Positions 1 through 14,550 are shown, numbered from the stretch's first letter. The stretch is 64,000 nucleotides of DNA from Actinomycetota bacterium (GCA_030123765.1 JASJXX010000002.1:459-64458); one strand, 5' to 3'. The notes: generated from the sequence alone by a model not told the origin. Program-made: numbers and translations.

Positions 1-1
1 C

Positions 2-1777
2 CGGGTGACCGACCTCGCCATCTTCGTCGTCGACGCCGTTGAGGGAATCGAGGTGCAGACGGAGTACGCGTGGCGGATCGCCGAGCGCCTCGAGGTGCCC
101 CGGATGATATTCATCAACAAGCTCGACAAGGAACGGGCGTCATTCGAGCGGACACTCCTCCAGTTGCGGGACCGTTTCGGGTCTGGCATCGCTCCGATCG
201 AGCTTCCGATCGGCGAGGAAGCTTCGTTCCATGGCGTTGCAGACCTTTTCCGGAGCAGGGCATACATCTATGACTCGGGCAAGGCCGAGGTCGTCGGCAT
301 GCCGGAAGAGATCGTCGAGCAAGAGAGCGAGGTACACGACAATCTCGTGGAGGGCATCGTCGTCGCCGACGACACCCTGTTGGAGCGGTATCTCGAAGGT
401 GACATCCCTGGCGTCGACGAGCTAGAGCACACCATGGCGGTAGGCGTCGCAGCAGCAACTGTCTTCCCTGTCGTGTGCGGATCGGCGATCGGGCCTATCG
501 CTGTCGACAGGCTCGCTGATTTCATCATCGAACTCGGACCCTCGCCCCTCGACCGACCACCGGCGATCGTCGCGGCAGGCGACCAGGAGGTCGAGATCGA
601 GAAGGATCCGAACGGCGACCCTCTCGCATTCGTCTTCAAGACACTCGCCGACCCTTACGTTGGCCAGATCTCGCTGCTGAAAGTGATGTCGGGCACTCTC
701 AGGCCGGAGACCCATCTCACGAATAGCCGATCCGGCCAGGACGAGCGTCTCGCAAAAATCGCGACCATGTTCGGAAAGGAGACGACCCTCGTCGACGCCG
801 CACCCGCTGGTGACATCGTCGCAGTAGCGAAACTCACCGACACGAAGACGGGAGACACGCTCGCCCCCAAGCACAAGCCCGTCACCGCCGCACCCGTAGA
901 CTGGCCCGAGCCAGTCCTCGCTATCGCGGTCACGGCCCGCACTCAGACCGATGACGACAAACTCTCCGCTGCGCTGTACCGAATCCTCGCAGAGGACGCC
1001 TCCCTCCGGCTCGAGTGGAATAGCGAGACACGCCAGACCCTGTTGTACGGCCTCGGCGAGAGCCACGTGCAGACGGCGATTCAGAAGCTCGAACGGAAGT
1101 TCGGCGTGCAGGTGGACCAGGAGAAGGTGAAGGTCCCCTACCGCGAGACGATCACGCGCCCATCCGAGGCCGAAGGCCGACACAAGAAGCAGTCCGGGGG
1201 CCACGGCCAGTACGGCGTCTGCCACCTGCGGCTCCGTCCCACTGCGCGAGGAGAAGGACTCGCCTTCGTCGACAAGGTCAAAGGTGGCTCGATTCCTCGC
1301 CAGTTCATCCCGGCCATCGAGAAGGGTGTCATCGAGACCATGGAGGCCGGCGGCGCCCATGGTTTCCCCGTCGTGGACGTCGAAGTGACTGTTGACGACG
1401 GCAAGTACCACGCAGTCGACTCTTCCGAGATGGCATTCAAACTCGCGGCGAGGGATGGCTTCAAGACGGCCTTCGCCCTTGCGGCCCCGGTCGTGCTCGA
1501 GCCGATATCGCGGGTCGCCATCACGATCCCGGCGGCCTTTCAGGGTGACGTGATGGGGGACATCGCTGCGCGACGGGGGGCGGTACAGGGCTCCTCCGCC
1601 GGCGAGAACGGCGCACAGATCATCGAAGCCCTCATCCCGACGAGTGAGATCGTCCGATACGCGATTGACCTTCGATCGCTCACCCACGGCTGGGGGCGTT
1701 ACACGGCATCCTTCGAGCATTACCAGGAACTTCCGTCACACCTCGTCGACCGTGCAATGGCTGACGCCGCAGAGTGA
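2..1777 (+). CDS. Elongation factor G family GTPase, N-terminus outside the window (probable EF-G paralog)
   Basis: The frame is open to the window edge. It has the G4 motif NKLDKE and the EF-G domain IV signature KKQSGGHGQYGVCHL, and domains II-V are recognisable. It is not in an rpsL-rpsG-fusA-tuf context. Confidence 0.85.
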   Translation, partial: RVTDLAIFVVDAVEGIEVQTEYAWRIAERLEVPRMIFINKLDKERASFERTLLQLRDRFGSGIAPIELPIGEEASFHGVADLFRSRAYIYDSGKAEVVGMPEEIVEQESEVHDNLVEGIVVADDTLLERYLEGDIPGVDELEHTMAVGVAAATVFPVVCGSAIGPIAVDRLADFIIELGPSPLDRPPAIVAAGDQEVEIEKDPNGDPLAFVFKTLADPYVGQISLLKVMSGTLRPETHLTNSRSGQDERLAKIATMFGKETTLVDAAPAGDIVAVAKLTDTKTGDTLAPKHKPVTAAPVDWPEPVLAIAVTARTQTDDDKLSAALYRILAEDASLRLEWNSETRQTLLYGLGESHVQTAIQKLERKFGVQVDQEKVKVPYRETITRPSEAEGRHKKQSGGHGQYGVCHLRLRPTARGEGLAFVDKVKGGSIPRQFIPAIEKGVIETMEAGGAHGFPVVDVEVTVDDGKYHAVDSSEMAFKLAARDGFKTAFALAAPVVLEPISRVAITIPAAFQGDVMGDIAARRGAVQGSSAGENGAQIIEALIPTSEIVRYAIDLRSLTHGWGRYTASFEHYQELPSHLVDRAMADAAE

Positions 1778-1782
1778 CGCTC

Positions 1783-2691
1783 TCAGCGGGCAAGTAGCGA
1801 AGCTGCGAGGCCGTCGAGAAGGTCGTGTTCGCTCACAACGATCTCCTCCACTCCCGTCCGGGCCAACGCCCGCTCCGCGATCACGGCGCCCGCGAGAATG
1901 ACGGGCGCCCGCTTCGGATCAAGCGAGGGAATCGCCGCAGTCTCGGCGACGTCGAGCAGACTGAGCGCGGTGATCGCCGCCCTGATATCGCCTATCGTGA
2001 GCACGGATTGTTCGACCGCGTCGCGGTCGTAGGCGTCGAGGCCCAGCGCAATCGCCTTGAGGCTGGTGAAGGTGCTCGCAACACCGACCGTCGTGCCCGG
2101 CGTCCCGGGAATCTGAACCCTTGACAGCTCGACATCCGTGTGGGCTGCAGCCTCATCGAGCTGCCGCATGGACGACGGACGGTCAGGGAGTCGGCGCTCG
2201 GTGAGACGCACCGAGCCGATGTCGATGCTCACGGCATAGGAGGGCGCCGCGTCACCGTAGACGAATTCTGTCGAACCACCCCCGATGTCGATGACCAGAA
2301 AGGGGGGATCACCTCGCAGATTCGCCGTCGCGCCTGCAAACGAGAGTCCGGCCTCATCGGTGCCTGAGATGATGGTCGGCTCCGTGCCGATGACTCCGGC
2401 GATCGAACGCATGAGCGCGTCCCCGTTCGAGGCATCACGCGACGCTGACGTCGCGACCGCGCCGACACGAGACACCGAGTGACCGTTCATCACGCCGAAG
2501 TACCGCTGCAGCACATCGAGCGTGTCGGACATCGTGTCCTCTCTGAAGCAGCCGGAGGAGTCGACACCTCGGCCAAGACCCGTGATCGTGGCTTCTCGAT
2601 ACAGCTCGAGCCCACCGCGATCTGTGATGAGCAAGCGGACAGAATTCGACCCGATGTCGATGGCGGCAACGTTCACGCAGGCTCGACCCAC
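1783..2691 (-). CDS. ppx: Ppx/GppA family phosphatase (exopolyphosphatase-like)
   Basis: It has the ASKHA motifs AAIDIGSNSVRLLI and VIDIGGGSTEF. It sits in the conserved position next to DUF501-ftsB-eno. Confidence 0.85.
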   Translation of the reverse strand: MGRACVNVAAIDIGSNSVRLLITDRGGLELYREATITGLGRGVDSSGCFREDTMSDTLDVLQRYFGVMNGHSVSRVGAVATSASRDASNGDALMRSIAGVIGTEPTIISGTDEAGLSFAGATANLRGDPPFLVIDIGGGSTEFVYGDAAPSYAVSIDIGSVRLTERRLPDRPSSMRQLDEAAAHTDVELSRVQIPGTPGTTVGVASTFTSLKAIALGLDAYDRDAVEQSVLTIGDIRAAITALSLLDVAETAAIPSLDPKRAPVILAGAVIAERALARTGVEEIVVSEHDLLDGLAASLLAR

Positions 2692-3189
2692 TGCTCGTTG
2701 CGGATGATCTCACCCCGGGTCTCGACGACACATCGGAGGGTGCAGTCAAGAGGTTCGACCGTGCACGCAACCTTCCGCCCGACCGGGTTCTCGTTGCCTG
2801 CAGCCGTGTCTGCATACTGGGCATGGAGGCACTTCACCCCCCCCTTGGAGCCCGCGATGCCCCCGCTCGGGAGCGGACCATCCCAGCCATCGGGGATCAA
2901 TCCAGAGCGATGTTCCTCGTAACGCCGCATCGCCGCAGCGAACTCCTCCGCGAGTTCGGGGTCCGAGGCGATCGACTCGTCTGCTTCACGGACTCCACCA
3001 TCGGCCTCGAGCCGTGCTATCCGGATCTTGGCGAGCGGACATGTGAGCCAGTGCGTTGTGGGGAACGGTGTTCCATCGTCGAGGATCGGCGGCACATCAA
3101 TGACGACTGGGAGTCCTAAGGCGCATCGCAGAGCAACATGCACCTCCGATCGAGGAGGTCTCCCCATCTGGATCGTCACGACCGAACGA

Positions 3190-3197
<8 letters not shown>
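2673..3197 (-). CDS. DUF501 domain protein
   Basis: It shows conserved actinobacterial DUF501-like sequence (PFPTTHWLTCPL, GGIAGSKGGVKCLHAQYA) between ppx and the ftsB-like gene. The start was chosen at ATG 3197; the track ORF runs to 3311. Confidence 0.7.
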
Positions 3198-6445
<3,248 letters not shown>

Positions 6446-7330
6446 CGACTGGCGGGTACCACGTGCCGATCTGGCTTCGAACTTTGATGTCTGCGCTCTC
6501 GACAGCATCATTGAGCCATCTTCCCCAGGGGCCGTCAAGGAGCGTGTCAGGGATCCACTTCAGTGGATCAGCCGCGAGCTCCTCGAGCGACTCGGGCACG
6601 TCACGTGACTCAACGAAGATCACATGCCACCCGAACTGCGTCTCGATAGGCCCTGTGAACTCTCCAACAGGAACGGTAGAGATGGCCGCGGCGAACGGTC
6701 CCACGAACGAGCTAGGCGATATGGGGCACGGGAGCGCTCCACCCGGTGAAGTAGTGTCGAGGGAGACCGCATCCGCGAGAACCGCAAGGTCTTCTCCTGC
6801 GTTGAGCCGACCGAGCACCTCCTCCGCCTCGACCTGTGTAGCAACAAGGATGTGGCTGACGCAGATCTGAAGGAGGAAGGGCTGGTCGTCCTGCCAGATC
6901 TTCTGGAGAACATCGTCTCGCAACGCGAGAGCCTTGCGCACCTCGGATCTCAGCAGAAGCTGTGTGATGAGGACATCGATAGCACTCTCGGTGAAGGCAG
7001 GGTCAGCCTTCATAGAGTCAATCAAGTTCCGTCCCGAGAGCGGCGCCTGTTCTTCGAACGCCTCCCTCGCTTGCGGCGTGTCAAGACCGGTCAACCCGAA
7101 CTCTGTCTCTGCGGCGGCGAGCATCGCCTCGGTGAAGATGAGCCTCGACAGGTCGGATCTGAATTCCTCGGAGGACACGGAGCTTTTTGTGACGTCACGA
7201 GGCCGGAGACTCAGCACATACGCGTCGGTGATCTCGGAGCCGTTCACGGTGGCTGCAACGTCGGCAGAGCTGCAACCTGAGGCAAGGACGGCCGACGCTG
7301 TTAGAGCGAGCACGATTCGTCGTGTTCTCA

Positions 7331-10300
7331 TCATGGTGTCCCATCGGGTTCGGTTGGTGCTGGCCACATTGTACGGAGGAACTCGGCAATCGCTGTAGCC
7401 GGTGAGCCGACGGGAGGGGGGAGATACAATTCAGATCCCCGCAGAATCGCCCCACGCGCGATCCGGCGCAACCGTACTTCCTGGGACGCCTTCATCGTTA
7501 CCGGAGCGATCTTCACTTCGCGACGGTTCTGCACTACCTCCGTGATTCCGATTCTGAGCGCCTCGACGCGTACCCGCGCAACGTCGATCAGGTCGCCAGC
7601 GCGCTTCGGCAGGTCGCCGAAGCGATCCTCCCACTCGGTAACGACATCGTCCACGGCTTCAGTCGTCGTTGCCGCAGCGAGTCTCCGGTACGCCTCGAGA
7701 CGCGCCTCGATGCCAGGTGCGTAGTCGTCAGGCAGGTGGGCATCGACGTACAGGTCGATCCGAACCGGCTCGGGCTCTGGATCTGAGGGAGCCACCCCCT
7801 TCAGCTCGTTCACCGCGTCTGCAACAAGTTCGGTGTACAGATCGAAGCCCACCGCTGCGATGTGACCGGACTGGGTCTCGGACAGGATGCTGCCAGCACC
7901 GCGTATCTCGAGATCGCGCATCGCAAGCTCGAACCCGCTCCCCAGATCAGCGAACTGGCCGATCGCCTCGAGTCTGCGATAAGCGGTCTCGCTGAGTGTC
8001 TCCTCAGCGGGGTGGAAGAGGTAGGCGTACGCCCGCTGGCTGGAACGTCCGACCCTGCCACGCAGCTGGTAGAGCTGGGCAAGTCCAAGCCTGTCCGCGC
8101 GGTCGACGATGATCGTGTTCACTCGCGGAAGGTCAAGGCCAGACTCGATGATCGTCGTGGCGACGAGGACGTCGAAGTCGCCGTTCCAGAAGTCGAACAT
8201 GACCTGCTCGAGTCGCCCCTCAGACATCTGCCCGTGCGCGACCGCGAACCGCGCATCCGGCACGAGATCTCTCAGTCTGGCCACCGCGTGGTCGATCGTC
8301 TCCACACGGTTGTGCACGACGTACACCTGCCCCTCGCGCAGTATCTCGCGCCGGATCGCGGCTACCACGACACGCTCGTCGTACGGACCGACGTAGGTGA
8401 GAATCGGGTGCCGATCCTGGGGCGCGGTTCGAATGCTGCTGACGTCTCTGATGCCCGTCAGCGCCATCTCAAGAGTTCGTGGGATTGGCGTCGCGGTCAG
8501 CGTCAGCACATCGACGCTCGCTCTGAGCTCTCTCAGGCTATCTTTCGCTGCGACCCCGAAACGTTGCTCTTCGTCGATGACCACCAGGCCGAGCGACTTG
8601 AATTCGATGTCGGGGGACAACAGCCGGTGTGTTCCCACCACAATGTCAACAGACCCATCGCGGATGCCTGCGATGACCTCCCTCTGCTGTCTCGCTGTCA
8701 GGAATCGTGAGAGCATCTCAACCCGTACGGGATACGGGGCGAAGCGCTCTTTGAACGTGGCGAAGTGCTGCTGTGCGAGCAGCGTGGTCGGGACGAGCAC
8801 TACGGCCTGTCTCCCATCCTGAACAGCTTTGAACATCGCACGGATCGCGACCTCGGTCTTCCCGAACCCCACATCTCCAAAGATGAGCCTGTCCATGGGC
8901 AGGTCAGACTCCATGTCCGCCTTCACGTCATAGATCGCCTGAAGCTGATCAGGGGTCTCCTCGTATGGGAAAGCGGCCTCAAATTCGGCCTGCCACGGTG
9001 TATCGGGTGAGAACGCGTTACCACGAGCTGCAGCCCGTCTCCTGTGGAGTGCTACAACCTGGTCTGCGACGACCGCGATCTCCTTGCGAATTCTGCTGCG
9101 GGTCTGGCCCCAGTCGGATCCACCCATCTTCGACAGGCGGGGAGCCTCACCACCCGTGTAGCGCGTCACCGCGGCAAGCTGGTCCGTCGGGACGTAGAGC
9201 CTGTCGCTCCCCGCGTACTCGACAAGGAGATAATCTCGCTCAACCCCCGCGATATCCCTGTGGACGAGACCGGCGAACCTGCCGATCCCGTGGTGGCGAT
9301 GCACGACGTAGTCGCCGGCGTTGAGATCCCGATAGGCATCAACCACAGGTCTTCGAGTGCCCCGTCGAGCCGAACGGTGAGCCCTCCGCCTCCCTGCAAC
9401 CTCCCTCTCCCCTACGACTCCAAATCCGAGAGCGGGGAATACGAACCCGTTGTGGATGCCGACTGCCGTGACAGCCGCTTCCAACGTAACGATGCGATCC
9501 ACGACTGGCAGGTCAGCTCCGTGCTCACCGAGAACTCTCGCGACACGTTCTGCCGCAGCCTGGCCATCCATCGCGACGACGATGTCGACACCTCGCCCGC
9601 TCCATCTGTTGATGGCTTCTGCGATCGACTCGGGATCACCGGGCACCCCGTCAAGCGAGCGGATCTCATAGCCGCGGTCCCCCGGTCCCGAGGGATGAGG
9701 TGGTGCTTCGATCAGGCGATCCGCGATCGCACCCGTATCAAGGGGGAGGAATAGCGCGGGATGTGCGGCGGGGTCGGGGCTCTCGATACCCCAGGTGCCT
9801 GAGAGCGCATTAGCGAGATCAGCTTCTTCGGTGATGAGTTCCTCTGCCCGCGCGGCGCACCGCACCGGGTCGAAGAGGAACACCGGTGCGTCTGTCTCGT
9901 CGAGAACTGTCCGTGGCGGAGCCATCCACGGCAGCCACGACTCCATTCCCTGGAACGGAATTCCGTTGAGGACACGGTCCCACGTCTCCGCTGCCCATGG
10001 CGCGTCAACGAGGAGTTCACGAGCACGAACCGCCAGTTCGGCGTCGATGAGAACCTCGCGTGCGGGGTAGATCGCGACCGATTCGAGCACTTCTTCGGAT
10101 CGCTGGGATACGGCGGAGTATGTGCGGAGCTCGTCGAGGATGTCACCATAGAAGTCGAGCCGGATCGGGAGGTCTGCGTTCGGCGGGAACACGTCGACGA
10201 TCCCGCCCCGGACGGCGAGGTCGCCTCGCGCCTCCGCTCGATCAACACGGTTGTACCCGAGGCCGACCAAGCCAGCGACGACGTCTGACAGGTCGTAGGA

Positions 10301-10699
10301 CTCGCCCCGGGCGAAGACGGTAGGAGCGACCGGAGTGGGAGAGACGCGCTGCACCACTGCCCGCACGGAAGCGACCACGATGAGGGCGCCGGGTTGACCC
10401 ATGCGGTGTCGCGCCTCGACACGGGTCGCCATCGTCACGACGTTTGGTGATACATGTTCGAACGGGAGCGTCTCCCACGCAGGCAGACGGATCACGTCCG
10501 AAGTAAAGATCGCTACGTCGTCTGCCAGATCATCCGCCTCGCGTTCGCCCGGAACCACGGCGAGGACCGACCGATTGAGCCGCTTCGCCATCGCAGCCAC
10601 GATGTAGGCGCGCGCGGAGGGCGCAACGACCACGCGACCGGGGAGGGGAGCGTCTAGGTCGCGACGCCAGCGATCGAGGAGGACGCTGAGCGGAGCCAC
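7331..10699 (-). CDS. mfd: Transcription-repair coupling factor Mfd
   Basis: The product is 1122 aa with a superfamily-2 helicase core (GDVGFGKTEVA, DEEQRFG), a CarD-like segment (YVVHRHHGIGRF) and a TRCF C-terminal domain. Confidence 0.95.
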   Translation of the reverse strand: MAPLSVLLDRWRRDLDAPLPGRVVVAPSARAYIVAAMAKRLNRSVLAVVPGEREADDLADDVAIFTSDVIRLPAWETLPFEHVSPNVVTMATRVEARHRMGQPGALIVVASVRAVVQRVSPTPVAPTVFARGESYDLSDVVAGLVGLGYNRVDRAEARGDLAVRGGIVDVFPPNADLPIRLDFYGDILDELRTYSAVSQRSEEVLESVAIYPAREVLIDAELAVRARELLVDAPWAAETWDRVLNGIPFQGMESWLPWMAPPRTVLDETDAPVFLFDPVRCAARAEELITEEADLANALSGTWGIESPDPAAHPALFLPLDTGAIADRLIEAPPHPSGPGDRGYEIRSLDGVPGDPESIAEAINRWSGRGVDIVVAMDGQAAAERVARVLGEHGADLPVVDRIVTLEAAVTAVGIHNGFVFPALGFGVVGEREVAGRRRAHRSARRGTRRPVVDAYRDLNAGDYVVHRHHGIGRFAGLVHRDIAGVERDYLLVEYAGSDRLYVPTDQLAAVTRYTGGEAPRLSKMGGSDWGQTRSRIRKEIAVVADQVVALHRRRAAARGNAFSPDTPWQAEFEAAFPYEETPDQLQAIYDVKADMESDLPMDRLIFGDVGFGKTEVAIRAMFKAVQDGRQAVVLVPTTLLAQQHFATFKERFAPYPVRVEMLSRFLTARQQREVIAGIRDGSVDIVVGTHRLLSPDIEFKSLGLVVIDEEQRFGVAAKDSLRELRASVDVLTLTATPIPRTLEMALTGIRDVSSIRTAPQDRHPILTYVGPYDERVVVAAIRREILREGQVYVVHNRVETIDHAVARLRDLVPDARFAVAHGQMSEGRLEQVMFDFWNGDFDVLVATTIIESGLDLPRVNTIIVDRADRLGLAQLYQLRGRVGRSSQRAYAYLFHPAEETLSETAYRRLEAIGQFADLGSGFELAMRDLEIRGAGSILSETQSGHIAAVGFDLYTELVADAVNELKGVAPSDPEPEPVRIDLYVDAHLPDDYAPGIEARLEAYRRLAAATTTEAVDDVVTEWEDRFGDLPKRAGDLIDVARVRVEALRIGITEVVQNRREVKIAPVTMKASQEVRLRRIARGAILRGSELYLPPPVGSPATAIAEFLRTMWPAPTEPDGTP

Positions 10700-10826
10700 T
10701 TCCGGCAGGTTACCGGGGACGCCGGCCAGCAGACACTTGTTGCCGCTCGGCAGCGTACTCGACCATGTCCTGCTGCATCAGGCGACCATCGACGCGCTCG
10801 CCTCCGATGGCGGCGATAATCGGCTG

Positions 10827-11966
10827 ATGCAAGTCCCCTCCAGCATTCTCTATGGCGGCCGTCGAGGTACCCCGCCTGCGCTCATCGCCGCAACGGCGGC
10901 CGTGACTCTACTCTTCGTCGCGACCCCCTTCCTGATCACTCCCCTCTCTCAGCGATACGGGATCTCGGAGGGCTTCGCAGGCTCGATCTCCGTGGCACAA
11001 GTCGGGGCCTTCGCCGTTGCAAATTTCCTTTTCCCGCGACTACTCCGCCCATCCGGGAAGCTGCTGCGTCTCGCGGCAGTCGCCCTCGTCGCGCTGAACG
11101 TTCTCAGCGTTCTTGCAGGCGAGTACGCCCTCCTCCTTCTCCTTCGCATGTTGGCAGGAGCGGCCGCTGGAACGATGACGTGGCTGACGTGGTCCAACGC
11201 GATGCGGCGGAGACGCGCAATGTCTTCGATCGCTGCAACCGGTCCGATGACGGCGTTGTTCGCGACCCCTCTCATAGCGGTCGTCGCTGGCTGGGGGGGA
11301 GATCAGGCCGTGTATGCGTTCCTCGCCATCGCTGCCCTCCCTGCGGCTGTGTTGTGGGCGCCTGTCGGGGGTCGCAGACGCACGAGGAGAGTCATCTCCG
11401 GGTCACGGTCAAACCGGATCCTCCTCGCTTCGCTATTTTGCTTGACCTTCTTCGGCTCTGCGATGTTCATCAACCTGACGATCGTCGCGAGGGAGATTCA
11501 TGGACTGTCGCCCTTCGCGGCTTCGATCGCGTTCAGCTTCAATGCCGCAGGAGCCCTCCTCGGTGCTCGCCTCTCGACGCGTCACCGCCGTCCCGGGTGG
11601 TTCCTGGCGTCGATCGGACCCGCCGCGCTGTGCACCGCCATCGGACCGGCATGGCTGTTCTACGTGGGCATGACGTGGTGGGGCTTCGCGTTCTGGATGG
11701 GTATTCCCGGAGTGCTCCAGATGCTCGTCGACCGCTCGCTTGAACCGAGCGAGCGCGCCGGCGACGGACAGGGTGTCCTCGCCCTGGGTCGAGCAGCAGG
11801 CCCAGCCCTCGGCGGAGCCCTCGTCGACGGCGGTGCTCTCATCGCCCTCGCCATCATGTCGGCGATGGGATCAGTAGTGTCGGGCCTGACGGTCGTCGGC
11901 GTCAAAGAGGGCCGCGACCGCCTCCCACCCACCGACCGACGCACAATCGACCAGCAGGACGAGTAG
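10827..11966 (+). CDS. MFS transporter
   Basis: It has about 12 predicted hydrophobic helices with MFS-like loops. The start is uncertain; the track ORF begins at TTG 10737 and ATG 10827 was chosen. Confidence 0.65.
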   Translation: MQVPSSILYGGRRGTPPALIAATAAVTLLFVATPFLITPLSQRYGISEGFAGSISVAQVGAFAVANFLFPRLLRPSGKLLRLAAVALVALNVLSVLAGEYALLLLLRMLAGAAAGTMTWLTWSNAMRRRRAMSSIAATGPMTALFATPLIAVVAGWGGDQAVYAFLAIAALPAAVLWAPVGGRRRTRRVISGSRSNRILLASLFCLTFFGSAMFINLTIVAREIHGLSPFAASIAFSFNAAGALLGARLSTRHRRPGWFLASIGPAALCTAIGPAWLFYVGMTWWGFAFWMGIPGVLQMLVDRSLEPSERAGDGQGVLALGRAAGPALGGALVDGGALIALAIMSAMGSVVSGLTVVGVKEGRDRLPPTDRRTIDQQDE

Positions 11967-13030
11967 TGCATCTGGCTATACCCGACGGTCTGGGATCCAT
12001 CACACCGGAGTGGCTCACAGAGGCGTTAGCTCTCGGAGGAGCCAGCTCAGCAGCGACCGTGACATCGATTCGGATGGAGCGAGTGGGCGAGGAGCAGGGG
12101 TGGACGGGGGAGGTCGCTCGTTGCGAACTCTCCTACTCCCACCTCGTCGAGGGAGCTCCGGCTTCACTCATCGTGAAGTTCTCCCCGCGTGACCCTGACC
12201 CCGTGTTCGGCCTGCGTGAAGTCAGGTTCTACCAGGAGATCGCTGCCGGACGAGACCTCCCCGTTCCCCTCTACTACTACGGCCAGATCGATCCCCGAAA
12301 CGGAGCCAATGTTCTCCTATTGGAGGATCTGAGTCGGTTCCGCACGGTGAATTTCGTGGACGGCTGCACTCCCGCCGAGGCCGCGGTCGCGGTCGCCGGC
12401 CTGGCGAGCATCCATGCTGCCTGGTGGGGCGACGATTCCCTTGAGAGCAAGGATTGGCTGTTCACGATCGCCGACACCGACTTCGCCGACTGGTGGGGTC
12501 AGTACCCTCGAAGTATCAAGACGATCCTCCCGGAGATCGAGGTCTCACGCGGTCTCATGGAGTTCGGTGACCGGTTCGTCGCGGAGATGCCGCTGATGCT
12601 CGACCGGATCGAGGGCGCACCCTTCACCTTCATCCACAGGGATGCCCACATAGACAACATCCTCTTCGGATCCGATCCCGCCGATCGGCCTGCCGTCCTG
12701 GTCGACTGGCAGACGGCGGGACGCGGCAGAGGGGTCAGCGACGTCGCCTACCTGCTGATCAGCTCGCTCAGGCCTCCGGACCGCCGCCGATCAGAGAGAA
12801 GGCTCGTCGCCACGTACCACCGGCATCTCATCGAGTTGGGGGTTGCGGGCTACACCCTCGATGAGTGCTGGACCGACTACCTGATCGGCGCTGCAAGCAA
12901 GCTGCTCATCACGGTCACGGCAACGGTGCTCCTGGACAACACGAGTCCTCACCGCAGGGCATGGCGAAGATCCGACCTGGAGCGGCTCACGGCATTCATC
13001 GAGGATCACGACCCGATCAGTTATCTCTGA
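11966..13030 (+). CDS. Phosphotransferase (APH/choline-kinase-like) family protein
   Basis: It has the kinase catalytic loop IHRDAHIDNILF followed by LVDWQ. Its length and layout fit the APH-like fold. The substrate is unknown. Confidence 0.7.
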   Translation: MHLAIPDGLGSITPEWLTEALALGGASSAATVTSIRMERVGEEQGWTGEVARCELSYSHLVEGAPASLIVKFSPRDPDPVFGLREVRFYQEIAAGRDLPVPLYYYGQIDPRNGANVLLLEDLSRFRTVNFVDGCTPAEAAVAVAGLASIHAAWWGDDSLESKDWLFTIADTDFADWWGQYPRSIKTILPEIEVSRGLMEFGDRFVAEMPLMLDRIEGAPFTFIHRDAHIDNILFGSDPADRPAVLVDWQTAGRGRGVSDVAYLLISSLRPPDRRRSERRLVATYHRHLIELGVAGYTLDECWTDYLIGAASKLLITVTATVLLDNTSPHRRAWRRSDLERLTAFIEDHDPISYL

Positions 13031-14006
13031 TCAGGCCCTCTTCCCTGAACCACCTCACCGTGCGCGCGATCGTGTCGGACACCTCTGTGTAGGTGAGACG
13101 CAGGTCCGCCGCTGCCTTCGACCCGTCGAAACGATGGCCGTGGAGGAGGGTCCGGATCAGCTCGGGGCACACGTCCAGAGATGGCTTCACGACGAAGGCG
13201 ATCCTCGCTGCCGGGATCCCCAAACGCCGGACGAGACTCCTGCTCACCCAACGGGGTGTGATTTGACGCCCGGCTCCGTCTGCGAGCAGCTCGACCGCCT
13301 CGACAACCGAGAACGTCGCGCCCGACAGGATGTAACGCTCCCCGGGCACTCCGAACTCCGCCGCGTTGATGTGTCCGTTGGTGCAGTCCTCGATGTCGAT
13401 GATCGAGAGCGTCGACTCAACGAGGAGCGGACGTCGCGAGTTGAGAACGTGCAGGAGGAGCTGTGCCGAGCCTGTCGCCCTACCAGGGCCCTGCACGGAG
13501 GATGGGTTCACGATGACCAGGTCGACGCCGAGCCGCACAGCTTCAGCCGTGACCCCCAACTCCGCGAGATGCTTGCTGCGCGCATATGGCGACACGTACT
13601 CCCCCGAGTGGACAGTCTGCTCGGTACCGACCACGCCTTGACGCTCGCCGATCACCACGGCGGAGGATGTATACACGACGCGCCCAACACCGGTTCTAGC
13701 CGCGGCCCGAATCACCTCGAGGGATCCGTCCACGTTGACCCGGTCCATCGCTCGTCGGTCGCCCGAACACATCTCGTTCACACCCGCAACGTGGTACACC
13801 ACGTCGGTGCCTCCCATGCCTTCGGCCAACGCATCAGCGTCGAACAAGTCGCCGATGACCGGAATAGCTCCGTGGTGTGAGACCGTACGAGCAGCAACGT
13901 CGTCTCGGGCAAGCGCACGCACCGAAGCCCCTCTGTCTATCAGTGCGGCAAGTAGATGACCGCCCACGAGACCGCTGCCGCCGGTGAGGAATGCGTCACT
14001 CTGCAC
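13017..14006 (-). CDS. NAD-dependent epimerase/dehydratase (extended SDR)
   Basis: It has the Rossmann motif LTGGSGLVGGHL and a YxxxK-type core (YARSKHLAE). Confidence 0.8.
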   Translation of the reverse strand: MQSDAFLTGGSGLVGGHLLAALIDRGASVRALARDDVAARTVSHHGAIPVIGDLFDADALAEGMGGTDVVYHVAGVNEMCSGDRRAMDRVNVDGSLEVIRAAARTGVGRVVYTSSAVVIGERQGVVGTEQTVHSGEYVSPYARSKHLAELGVTAEAVRLGVDLVIVNPSSVQGPGRATGSAQLLLHVLNSRRPLLVESTLSIIDIEDCTNGHINAAEFGVPGERYILSGATFSVVEAVELLADGAGRQITPRWVSRSLVRRLGIPAARIAFVVKPSLDVCPELIRTLLHGHRFDGSKAAADLRLTYTEVSDTIARTVRWFREEGLIRDN

Positions 14007-14550
14007 GATCGCGCGGTGAGAAAACCGCCCGGAAGCGAGAGAAGTAGTCGCCTGCGGACAACACGGTCACCACAACCGCGAGAGCCATCAACCACTGATC
14101 GAGACGCCACCCGGCGAGCACGACGTCGAGTCGTATTATCGCGAACGAGACCGCTGTGAATTGGACTGCGGCCTTCGACTTCCCCCAGATAGATGGGGGC
14201 ACCGTCGACTGGTCGAGAGCCGCGACCGAGCGTAACCCCATGATCGATATCTCGCGCCCGATGATGATGAAGGCGACCCAGCTGCTCATCGTGCCGATCT
14301 CCACCAGGGCCACAAGCGCCCCGGAGACGAGGACCTTGTCGGCAACGGTGTCGAGGAAGGCACCGAGGGTCGTCGTGATCCTCCACCTTCGTGCGAGGTA
14401 GCCGTCTGCGAAATCGGTGAGAGCGGCGATGACGAACACGATTGTCCCCGCGACGGCCAGGTCCTGACGGTCTGGAGACAGCAGGATCAGATACATGGCG
14501 ACGGGCGTGAGGATCAGCCTGAGAATTGCGAGCAGGTTCGGGATCGACAT
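13996..14550 (-). CDS. pgsA: CDP-alcohol phosphatidyltransferase (PgsA-like)
   Basis: It has the signature DFADGYLARRWRITTTLGAFLDTVADK (DxxDGxxAR...GxxxDxxxD). The start at ATG 14550 (MSIPNLL) sits just after the glpK stop. Confidence 0.85.
   Translation of the reverse strand: MSIPNLLAILRLILTPVAMYLILLSPDRQDLAVAGTIVFVIAALTDFADGYLARRWRITTTLGAFLDTVADKVLVSGALVALVEIGTMSSWVAFIIIGREISIMGLRSVAALDQSTVPPSIWGKSKAAVQFTAVSFAIIRLDVVLAGWRLDQWLMALAVVVTVLSAGDYFSRFRAVFSPRDRAE

Noticed and set aside
422-1720. A 432-aa ORF on the minus strand opposite the EF-G-like gene.
   Set aside because: This is a typical mirror ORF of a high-GC coding region. Its composition is Arg/Gly/Asp-rich and low-complexity, with no recognisable motifs, and the plus-strand EF-G frame explains the region.
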